A DNA stretch of 64,000 nt from Solibaculum mannosilyticum (lineage in GTDB: Bacteria > Bacillota > Clostridia > Oscillospirales > Acutalibacteraceae): positions 2,421,842 through 2,485,841 of the forward strand of contig NZ_AP023321.1 in NCBI RefSeq assembly GCF_015140235.1, given 5' to 3'. A model generated the notes under the pieces. That model saw only the letters and a program-made list of their open reading frames with translations. It searched no databases and was not told where the DNA came from. This document shows, piece after piece, positions 1 to 7,926 of the stretch (position 1 is its first letter; each line of letters starts with the position of its first letter). A program made the position numbers and the translations under genes.

Positions 1-930
1 CACAATCTCGCGGAGGAAACCCGCCATACATCGGCTTATGCCGCGGTGGGAACAGGTTTTCTCCTGGTTCCCTCCACGCCTGTCTTGTACGAGGGGATCA
101 ACGAGAAGGGTTTAATGGGCGGTCAGCTTTACTACCGGAACTTCTCCCATTTTGAAGACAAAGCTCGTCCCGGCACGACAAAACTCCAACCGCCTTTTGC
201 CGTCTTCCATTTTCTGGCCCAGTGTGCAACCGTGGATGAAGTTGCAGCCATGGTGGAAAAGGACGTCACATTGATGGCCATTCCGATGTTTGGCACAGTA
301 CCCACCATCCATTGGTCCTTCAGCGACCGGTCCGGGGAATCCATTGTCATTGAACCGGACAAGGACGGCGTCAAGATTTATAGAAATACCATCGGTGTTA
401 TGACAAACAGTCCCAGTTATTCCTGGCACCGGCTCAATCTGCTCAATTACGTCGGGGTCCGGGACTTGGACTACGATACGCTGGAACTGGAAGGCGATCG
501 TTTGGAACAGTGTTTCTCCGGAAACGGCGCTTTGGGATTGCCTGGGGATTGGAGTTCCCCCTCCCGCTTTATCCGGTTGGCTTTTCTCAAGAAATTCGGC
601 GTAAAGGGAAAGGATGAACAACAAGGGGTCACCAATATGCTTCATCTCTTCCAGAGCGTAGCTTTCCCATTGGGTATGATCCGGGTATCGGAACAGGGCC
701 ATATTACCGAATATGATAAGGAGATTGTCCCCTACGATTATACAATTTATACTTCGATCATGTGTGCGGAATCCCTGCGGTTTTACTTTACAAGCTATGA
801 AAATCAGCGGGTGCAGTGTGTGGATCTCAATCATCTGATGGCCTCTTCTGAAAAGGTCCAATTTGATCTAGGCCGCCGAGCTGATTTTCATCTCTTAACT
901 TCGGATCCAGGCTCCCATCGTTCCCTATAA
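1..930 (+). CDS. Choloylglycine hydrolase / bile-salt hydrolase family (Ntn linear-amide hydrolase), 5'-partial: the frame is open to the window edge and the N-terminal Cys is upstream
   Basis: The 294-aa ORF carries motifs NSPSYSWH and TIYTSIMCAESLRFYF typical of BSH / penicillin V acylase; the reading frame continues to position 1. Confidence 0.75.
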   Translation, partial: HNLAEETRHTSAYAAVGTGFLLVPSTPVLYEGINEKGLMGGQLYYRNFSHFEDKARPGTTKLQPPFAVFHFLAQCATVDEVAAMVEKDVTLMAIPMFGTVPTIHWSFSDRSGESIVIEPDKDGVKIYRNTIGVMTNSPSYSWHRLNLLNYVGVRDLDYDTLELEGDRLEQCFSGNGALGLPGDWSSPSRFIRLAFLKKFGVKGKDEQQGVTNMLHLFQSVAFPLGMIRVSEQGHITEYDKEIVPYDYTIYTSIMCAESLRFYFTSYENQRVQCVDLNHLMASSEKVQFDLGRRADFHLLTSDPGSHRSL

Positions 931-935
931 TGCCA

Positions 936-976
936 AAAGAGCAGTGAGGATAAAAATCCTCACTGCTCTTTTTATT
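936..976. terminator. Bidirectional rho-independent terminator
   Basis: Hairpin agagcagtgagga-taaaaa-tcctcactgctct followed by TTTTTATT on the + strand and preceded by an A-run, so it can serve both convergent genes. Confidence 0.65.
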
Positions 977-1013
977 CTCTTACCGGGCCGCACCGGAACA
1001 TCCCTTATCCTAC

Positions 1014-1622
1014 CTAGCATACCTGATCCGCATGATAGCCCGCCTGCTTCACGATCTGGATCAGAAACCCATTGTCTACCGGCTGCTTTAGATAAACCGT
1101 AGCGGTCTGAGATGGGAAATCCACCTTTGCCTTCATGTACTCATGTTCGTGAAATGCGCATTCCAGACGCTTGGCGCACTGCTCACAATGCATCCCCTCA
1201 ATCTTCAGCACCCGGCAATGGGAATATTCCCCTTTTTCATCCCCCTTATGGATGGTCTTAACCTTGAACACAAAATAAAGGACGTGGAATACCCACACGC
1301 AAGCTAAGATGATTCTTCCAACTGGGATTCTGCTCATCATGATAAAGCCCACCGACATGGTCAATGTGACGATCACCATGATACGGATTTTTGTCTTCCA
1401 CGTCATGCCGCGGCCTTTGACATAACTCTCCAGATTGTTTTTATAAAGTTTGGTAGAGATAAACCAATTGTGCAGCCTCTCTGAACTCTTGGCAAAGCTG
1501 AAGGCCGCCAGCAATAAAAACGGAAAGGCCGGAAGCAACGGGAGTACCGCTCCGACGGCGCCCAATCCTACGCCGATGCATCCTAAAATGATGTACAGAA
1601 TCTTCTTAACTTTCACGTCCAT
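1014..1622 (-). CDS. DUF454 (YbaN-like) inner-membrane protein fused to a C-terminal heavy-metal-associated (HMA) domain
   Basis: N-terminal LGxxGxxLPLLPxxPFLLLAAxxFAKSS plus TM helices match YbaN; C-terminal GMHCEQC ferredoxin-like metal-binding motif. Overlaps the upstream gene by 17 nt (translational coupling). Confidence 0.7.
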   Translation of the reverse strand: MDVKVKKILYIILGCIGVGLGAVGAVLPLLPAFPFLLLAAFSFAKSSERLHNWFISTKLYKNNLESYVKGRGMTWKTKIRIMVIVTLTMSVGFIMMSRIPVGRIILACVWVFHVLYFVFKVKTIHKGDEKGEYSHCRVLKIEGMHCEQCAKRLECAFHEHEYMKAKVDFPSQTATVYLKQPVDNGFLIQIVKQAGYHADQVC

Positions 1623-1953
1623 TCACCATCCTTCGTTTTTCTTTGTTGCTCTCTATCACGTGCCGGACAGCCACGATCGGATGATGGAACATCATCCTCG
1701 GCCCTGAAAACCGCATGACCTCCCGGATCTTTTCACGCATCTCCGGCTGATAACAATGCACCTTACAGTTGGAACAAAAGGTCTTGCTCTCCATAAACGG
1801 ACATCTGTCGCTTTTGTTTCTCGCGTAAGCGTCCAGCTTGGCGCATTCGGGACAAAGCTCTCCTTTGCTGTGATGCTTCTTCCGGCAATAGATGGCGATC
1901 ATCTGGGAAACCAATACCTTTTCCCGTTCTCGCTTATCCTCCACCGTTTTCAT
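1606..1953 (-). CDS. Nitrous-oxide-stimulated promoter family protein (YgbA/NosP-like), Cys-rich
   Basis: 115 aa with REKxxVxxMIxxYC..HH..LCxxC..YA..RxxxCP..K..CxxC.VHCY.P.MRE.IR.VMR..GPRM pattern; start codon overlaps the stop of the upstream ABC gene. Confidence 0.55.
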   Translation of the reverse strand: MKTVEDKREREKVLVSQMIAIYCRKKHHSKGELCPECAKLDAYARNKSDRCPFMESKTFCSNCKVHCYQPEMREKIREVMRFSGPRMMFHHPIVAVRHVIESNKEKRRMVNGRES

Positions 1954-3611
1954 CAGCTCATTCTCCCCCTCTCTACCGAATAAACCGTGTCGGCGATGCG
2001 CATGGTGGACTGGCGGTGGGAAACCAGTAAGACGGTCTTTCCTTCCCGCTGTTCCCCAAGGGATTTCAAAATGACCGCTTCATTGAGGCTGTCCAAATTG
2101 CTGGTGGGCTCGTCCAGCAGCATCAACGGCGCATCGTGAAGGAAGGCTCTTGCCAGTCCCATCCTCTGCCGCTCTCCTCCCGACAGGGTATCGCCCAGTT
2201 CGCCCACCGGCGTATCGTATCCCTGGGGCAGGCTCATGATGAATTCGTGAACCGAAGCCTTTTTACAGGCTTCCTCCAGCTCTTCCTGAGTGGCGTCCAG
2301 CTTGGCGATGCGGAGATTGTTTTTGATGCTGTCATGGAACAGGTGGGTCTCCTGCGTGACAAAGCTTTCCAGTTCCCGGAGATTTGTGGTATTGATCTGG
2401 TGAATCGGCGCGCCGGAGATCTGTACCTCACCCTTCTGTACTTCCCAGAACCGCATGAATAGCTTCAGCAGTGTGGATTTGCCGCTTCCGCTTCGGCCTA
2501 CGATACCTACCACTGTATTTTGGGGAATCTCCACCGAAACGTCTGCGAGAATGGTCTCTTCCCCATAGGAGAAGGTGACGTTTTTCGCCGATGCCCCTGA
2601 AAAGTCCACATGGGGCTGTCCGGAGATGTCCTCCACCACCGGGGATTCCTCCAGGAGATCCAGCACACGGTTGCCGGCGGCAAAGGTGTTTTGCAATGTA
2701 CTTCCCAGATTGGCCAGAGCCACCACCGGGCCAAAGGAGCTCATCATGGCGATAACGGGGATGAGAACCCCATCAAATCCGACGGCTCCATTCTGATACA
2801 AAAGCGCGCTGACGAGCAGCATGGCGAGATCAAACAGCAGGATGATGGTATTGGTGATGGAAATGTTTTGTCCAGTGGTTTTCTTCATCCGCTCCTCGTC
2901 GGCGGAGAGCTGATCTGTTTTCTCGTTCATGTCGGTAAGACGTTGCTTGCCTCTGCCGTACTGGATGGTCTCGGACAGTCCCCGCAGGCTGTCCAGCACA
3001 AAGCTGCTCAGTTCCCCCGACTTGGCCCGGAACTTCATACCCAGGTCGCCGCTTTTCTTGGATATCACCACTGGGACGATCAGTCCCACCGTGACGTAAG
3101 CCGCCAAGGCCACCAGTCCCAACACCCAATGGTAGCTGCCGATGAACAGGCACAACAGGATGGTAAACAAAAAGGCAATGGCCGCCGGTGAAATGGTATG
3201 GGCGTAAAAGACCTCCAGCAGCTCGATGTCCGACGTGATGACCGAGATCAGATTGCCTTTGTCCCTGCCCTCCAGCTTGGCCGGGCACAGCCTGCGCAGA
3301 GCTTTGAACACCTTATCCCGGATGAGGGCCAGCAGCTTAAAGGCAATGAAATGGTTGCAGGCCTGTTCCGCATAGCGCAAGACGCCCCGCACTAAGGCGA
3401 ACACCCCCATCAAAATAAAGGCCACCGTCATGGAGAAAGGTACTGAAAATCCCAAAATGCCCAACACAGCATATCCGCCGAAAATGGTGATAAAGGAGGC
3501 GCAGAGATGCCCGATCAGGCCCATGACAATGGCCAGGATCATAAATCCGGTCAAGGGCTTTACCAGTCCGATGAGCTGGGCCATCACGGAAAAATTGCTT
3601 CGCTTCTTCAT
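1953..3611 (-). CDS. ABC exporter, fused permease plus ATPase (CydC-like thiol-reductant exporter half)
   Basis: Six predicted TM helices, then Walker A GRSGSGKST, signature LSGGERQRMGLARAF and Walker B LLDEPTSNLD. Confidence 0.85.
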   Translation of the reverse strand: MKKRSNFSVMAQLIGLVKPLTGFMILAIVMGLIGHLCASFITIFGGYAVLGILGFSVPFSMTVAFILMGVFALVRGVLRYAEQACNHFIAFKLLALIRDKVFKALRRLCPAKLEGRDKGNLISVITSDIELLEVFYAHTISPAAIAFLFTILLCLFIGSYHWVLGLVALAAYVTVGLIVPVVISKKSGDLGMKFRAKSGELSSFVLDSLRGLSETIQYGRGKQRLTDMNEKTDQLSADEERMKKTTGQNISITNTIILLFDLAMLLVSALLYQNGAVGFDGVLIPVIAMMSSFGPVVALANLGSTLQNTFAAGNRVLDLLEESPVVEDISGQPHVDFSGASAKNVTFSYGEETILADVSVEIPQNTVVGIVGRSGSGKSTLLKLFMRFWEVQKGEVQISGAPIHQINTTNLRELESFVTQETHLFHDSIKNNLRIAKLDATQEELEEACKKASVHEFIMSLPQGYDTPVGELGDTLSGGERQRMGLARAFLHDAPLMLLDEPTSNLDSLNEAVILKSLGEQREGKTVLLVSHRQSTMRIADTVYSVERGRMS

Positions 3612-5350
3612 GCCGGCTCACCGTCCTTTCGATAGTTTTCTAAATTCTGTTGGGCTGTCCACAGGCTTTCATAGACGCCCTTTTTCTCCACCAGTTCCGC
3701 ATGCGTCCCGTGCTCCGTCACTTGGCCGCTGTCCAGTACATAGATCTGATCGGCTTTTACCACATTGGCAAGGCGATGTGAGATGAGAATCACCGTCTTG
3801 GTTTTGGCCAGCTCTTGGATCTGGTCCATGATATCGTTTTCACTCTCCACGTCGATGTTGGAAGTGGCTTCGTCGAAGATATAAACCGGGCTGTCGTGGA
3901 GCAGCGCCCGGGCCAGGGCCAGACGTTGACGTTGGCCGCCCGACAGATTGGAACCGTTCTCCTGCAACATGGTGTCGAGGCCCTGTTCGCTGCGCAGGAA
4001 ATCGGCTAATTTTGTCCTTGTCAGAACCTCCCAAAGCTGCTGGTCGGAAGCGTCAGATTTTCCCATACGCACATTGTCGGCCACCGTCCCTTTGAATAGA
4101 TAGCTGTTGTGGCTGATGTAGGTGATGTGGCGCATCAGACTGCTCTCCTCCAGCTGGGTCAGCTCCACCCCGCCGATGGAAACCGATCCTGTGTATTTTC
4201 GATTCCGCCCCATCAGGATGGCTGCCACTGTGGATTTGCCGCATCCGCTCTCCCCTACCAGAGCGGTAAAGCTGCCCTGTGGGAACCGCAGATCGATGCC
4301 GTGTAAAATTTCTCGGTCGGCCTCGTAGGAAAAACGCAGGCCGGTACAGACGATGTCGCCTTTTTCCGGGACGCTTTGGGCATCTTCCGGCCGGTCTTCC
4401 GGCAGATCCAACAGCCTGAAGATCTTATCACTGGACGCCATGCCGTTCATGGCGATGTGGAAAAAGCTGCCCAGCTGACGCATGGGAATGAAAAAGTCGG
4501 CCGACAACAGGATGATCAAAAGACAGCCGCCCAATGTCACATGGCCGGCGCTGTACTGCGTCACCGCCATGATGACGCCCAATGCCGCTCCTCCATAGGC
4601 CACAAGATCCATAATAGTGATGGAATTGAGCTGCATGGTCAAAACCTTCATGGTGATTTTCCGGAAGTTTTCGGCTTCTTTCCCCATCTCCTCCTGTTTG
4701 AAGGCGTCGGCTTGATAGATTTTCAGTGTAGTAAGGCCCTGTAGATTTTCCAAAAAGGAATCCCCCAAGGCAGTGTACTGATCCCAGTACTTGGACAGCA
4801 GCTTCTTTGCCCACGTCTGAACAGCCGCAATGGCCGCAGGGATCAGCGGCACACACAAAAGCAGCACAATGGCCGAAGGAAAATTGATAAAGCTCAAAAT
4901 AGCAAATAAGGTGATGGGTGCCAGCATGCTGTAAAAAAACTGAGGCAGGTAGGCGCCAAAATAGGTTTCCAGCTGATCCACGCCCTCCACGGCCACCTGT
5001 ACCACTTCAGACGTCTTGACCTGCTCCTGATAAGAGGCTCCGAGCCGCAGCAATTTCTGATAAATCTTTTCCCGCAGCGTTTTTTTGACCTCCTTGGAGG
5101 AAAGGTATCCCATCCGAGAAGCTCCTGTGGCGCATAGGTACCGGACAATGAGCGCCGCCAACAATACGCCTGCAGATAACAGAATGCTGTTGGAATCCAC
5201 TGTTCCTGTGTATAACCCTTCCAGCAGCCTGGTGATGCAAAACATTATGACGATATTGGCCGCCAGAGAACACCACTGCAGCGTCACATTGCCTGCGATG
5301 TACTTTTTGCTTTTGCTGACCGTTCCAATCAGCCGTTTGTTAATCATCAT
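3608..5350 (-). CDS. ABC exporter, fused permease plus ATPase (CydD-like partner half); likely start is MMINKRL with RBS gaaggcgga, whereas the longest ORF runs to 5431
   Basis: TM domain then GESGCGKST, LSGGQRQRLALARAL, IFDEATSNID; its stop overlaps the start of the downstream ABC gene by 4 nt. Confidence 0.85.
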   Translation of the reverse strand: MMINKRLIGTVSKSKKYIAGNVTLQWCSLAANIVIMFCITRLLEGLYTGTVDSNSILLSAGVLLAALIVRYLCATGASRMGYLSSKEVKKTLREKIYQKLLRLGASYQEQVKTSEVVQVAVEGVDQLETYFGAYLPQFFYSMLAPITLFAILSFINFPSAIVLLLCVPLIPAAIAAVQTWAKKLLSKYWDQYTALGDSFLENLQGLTTLKIYQADAFKQEEMGKEAENFRKITMKVLTMQLNSITIMDLVAYGGAALGVIMAVTQYSAGHVTLGGCLLIILLSADFFIPMRQLGSFFHIAMNGMASSDKIFRLLDLPEDRPEDAQSVPEKGDIVCTGLRFSYEADREILHGIDLRFPQGSFTALVGESGCGKSTVAAILMGRNRKYTGSVSIGGVELTQLEESSLMRHITYISHNSYLFKGTVADNVRMGKSDASDQQLWEVLTRTKLADFLRSEQGLDTMLQENGSNLSGGQRQRLALARALLHDSPVYIFDEATSNIDVESENDIMDQIQELAKTKTVILISHRLANVVKADQIYVLDSGQVTEHGTHAELVEKKGVYESLWTAQQNLENYRKDGEPA

Positions 5351-5628
5351 CGTTTCGTCCGCCTTCACTTTGTATTTTACTTCCTGCGCCGGCTGCAAAA
5401 CTTGTCTCTCATGCGATCCGCCTTGCCCCATAAAAACGCAGAATACACGCCGCTATACAATAAGGCATGGGCGGCGTTTAGTTAGAAACAGCTAACAAAA
5501 TAGGCGCAATAAGACCTTGGTTTTTTAGAACTCTAGACCATGCTTAAGTTAGCAACTGCTAATTATACCGTAATTATATCGCATCCTTCTTTCATTTGTC
5601 AAGAAATGCAGCCATGGGCTTTTTGACA

Positions 5629-5664
5629 GCAAAACAAAAAGCGACCTATATTTAATAGATCGCT
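5629..5664. terminator. Hairpin with flanking A/T runs (putative bidirectional terminator downstream of the MalK-like gene)
   Basis: agcgacctata-tttaat-agatcgct stem-loop, with caaaacaaaaa before and tttgtcattgcttctatttttt after. Confidence 0.4.
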
Positions 5665-5716
5665 TTGTCATTGCTTCTATTTTTTCAAAATCACGTTGAA
5701 AAGACTTCCGTTTCCT

Positions 5717-6862
5717 CTATGAATCTCTCCCGCTCAAGAGGGTCTTGCCGGACAATTTGTCAAACAGCAGCATGCGGTCCGGTAAAAGCGCTACCGGGAT
5801 CACATCCCCCTCCTCTAAACCGCCACAGGATGCAGCCGCTTTCATCACCAGCTTATGCCCATCCAGGTCCAACAAGATAAGGCAATGCCAAGGTGTCCGC
5901 TCCACCTCTTCTACCGTGGCCTCCATCACACAGTCGGCGTACCGGTTCAAACTCTCCCGGTCCATGCGGATTCCATCTGGACGGATCCCTACCGTCAATT
6001 CCCTGCCTTCCTGTGCCAGATCCTTGGAGAAATATTCTTCCGCTCGTATGGATACGGCATAATTGCCCTGCGGGCGTCCTTTGTGATCGATGAGAAAATA
6101 AAGTTTTCCATCCACAATGTGGGGCAGGACGTCCACCAAATTAAGCGGCGGGCTGCTGAAAAAACTGGCTACAAACATATTGTGCGGATTTTGAGAGATA
6201 TCCTCAGCAGTTCCCGATTGAGCTATCCCGCCGTCCCGCAGCACCACCACATTTCCTTCCAGCGCTTGGGCCTGCCGGCAATCCCGGGTGGCGAACAGTA
6301 CAACCGTCCCCAGCTTCTTTTGAACGGCCGATATCTGCCGGCATACCGACAACTGATCGTCCGGATTGAGCGACCGAAGCGGATCGTCCAACAAATACAC
6401 TGCCGGTTGACGGCATACTGCGCGGCCCATCACTACCCAGAATTTCTCAACATTACTCAGTTCTTCCGCCCGGTTGGCCAAAATGTCCTCGATCCCTAAA
6501 AGGGATGCCGCTTGGGTAACTCGATTTTGTATTCCCTCTTTGTCCATATGTTCTATTTTGAGGCCAAACGCCATATTCTGAGCCACCGTCATGCGAGGGT
6601 ACAAAGTATAGTTCTCCGATATCATGATCGCGTTGTAGCCCGGATCCTGGCCGTACACAATGGATTTATCATCCAGGGTCACCGTCCCTTGATCGGGCCG
6701 GTCTGCTCCCATGATCAATCGGAAAATCGAAGATTTCCCGCTGCCGGCCGGCCCTGCTAACACTGTGATCCTCTTTTCATCGGCCTTTATGCTGAGATTG
6801 CGTACTGCTATGGTCCCATCTGAGAAGGTCTTGTGGAGATTATGAAGCATAAGCTTTGACAT
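5717..6862 (-). CDS. Orphan MalK/UgpC-type ABC ATPase with C-terminal TOBE-like domain, catalytically degenerate
   Basis: Walker A GPAGSGKSS is intact. Q-loop is E not Q (ISENYTLYP), the signature LSGGQ is replaced by LSNVE, Walker B is LLDDP (E to D), and the H-loop is ATRDC (H to R). Start chosen at MSKLML with strong RBS aggaaagggga; the longest ORF runs to 6943. Confidence 0.7.
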   Translation of the reverse strand: MSKLMLHNLHKTFSDGTIAVRNLSIKADEKRITVLAGPAGSGKSSIFRLIMGADRPDQGTVTLDDKSIVYGQDPGYNAIMISENYTLYPRMTVAQNMAFGLKIEHMDKEGIQNRVTQAASLLGIEDILANRAEELSNVEKFWVVMGRAVCRQPAVYLLDDPLRSLNPDDQLSVCRQISAVQKKLGTVVLFATRDCRQAQALEGNVVVLRDGGIAQSGTAEDISQNPHNMFVASFFSSPPLNLVDVLPHIVDGKLYFLIDHKGRPQGNYAVSIRAEEYFSKDLAQEGRELTVGIRPDGIRMDRESLNRYADCVMEATVEEVERTPWHCLILLDLDGHKLVMKAAASCGGLEEGDVIPVALLPDRMLLFDKLSGKTLLSGRDS

Positions 6863-7024
6863 CCACTCATCCCCTTTCCTGCCAATGGTCAAAAGCATGT
6901 TCTCTTGGCCACGATTCTCGTACTCATACAACAAATATATCAAAAAAACGTCCGGCTTCCTAGACCGAAATTACCCAAACTTTCCCTTCCTCTCTTAGGT
7001 ATTTTACCAACTTGCCTTCCGCTC

Positions 7025-7768
7025 TCAATCCTCTCCGATGGGATAAGGGCTTCTTTGCCAGATGGCTTTTACTTCTTCATCCGTCAGTTCCCGGCACTGT
7101 CCTTCGCTAAGACTATCGTCCAATAGAAGCCCTCCGATCGATACCCTTTTTAGCGACAAAACCGGACGTTCCAGCATTCCCAGCATCCGCTTGATCTGAT
7201 GGTATTTTCCCTCCATGATGACCACCCGCAACAGTGGTTTCTCTCCTTCCTCCAATACGTCCATACGGGCGGGTAGACAGACCGTGCCGTCGGCCAGGGT
7301 GATTCCCTGCTTGAACCGATCCTGTTGTTCTTTTCCCACCGTCCCCTCTACTTGGACGTGATACACCTTCTCAATCCCCTTCTTCGGGGACAGCATCCGA
7401 TGGGCCATCTGGCCGTCGTCGGTGAGGATCAAAAGTCCGGTGGTATCTTTATCCAAACGTCCGGCCGGAAACAAATCCCGCCGCCTTAAAGCATCCGGCA
7501 CCAGGTCTACCACCGTTTTTGCCCTGTTATCCCGGCTGGCCGAAAGTATCCCTGCCGGCTTGTTCATCATCAAGGTTACAAAAGGTTTATAAAAAAGCCT
7601 TTCGCCTGCCACGATTATGGTCTCCTTCTCCGGATCGCAGGAGATGGATGGGGACTTTACCGTCACGCCATCCACCTGTACGCCTCCGCATCGGATCATC
7701 CTTCCCACCTGGGACCGGGATCCAAACCCTTGACCGGCCAACAGTTTATCCAGACGCTGTTTCGCCAT
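7025..7768 (-). CDS. rsuA: RsuA/RluB-family rRNA pseudouridine synthase (S4 domain plus catalytic domain)
   Basis: N-terminal S4 RNA-binding region (RLDKLLAGQGFGSRSQ) and RsuA-family catalytic region (GRLDKDTTGLLILTDDG, KVYHVQVEG). Confidence 0.85.
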   Translation of the reverse strand: MAKQRLDKLLAGQGFGSRSQVGRMIRCGGVQVDGVTVKSPSISCDPEKETIIVAGERLFYKPFVTLMMNKPAGILSASRDNRAKTVVDLVPDALRRRDLFPAGRLDKDTTGLLILTDDGQMAHRMLSPKKGIEKVYHVQVEGTVGKEQQDRFKQGITLADGTVCLPARMDVLEEGEKPLLRVVIMEGKYHQIKRMLGMLERPVLSLKRVSIGGLLLDDSLSEGQCRELTDEEVKAIWQRSPYPIGED

Positions 7769-7869
7769 GGAATCCCTCTCCTTCCAACCGGCTGAATTTT
7801 GACTGTTACACCGGCCTCAATGTGCTTCAGTGTAACACATCCGGATGCAAAAGTCATGGCGTTTTTTCG

Positions 7870-7912
7870 GAAAGAAAAAGACCCGACCTCGCGTTTGGGG
7901 CCGGGTCTTTTG
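7870..7912 (-). terminator. Rho-independent terminator of the GH2 gene
   Basis: Hairpin gacccgacc..ggccgggtc with a T-run on the minus strand (aaagaaaaa on the plus strand). Confidence 0.6.
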
Positions 7913-7926
7913 ACAGGATTTGTCTG

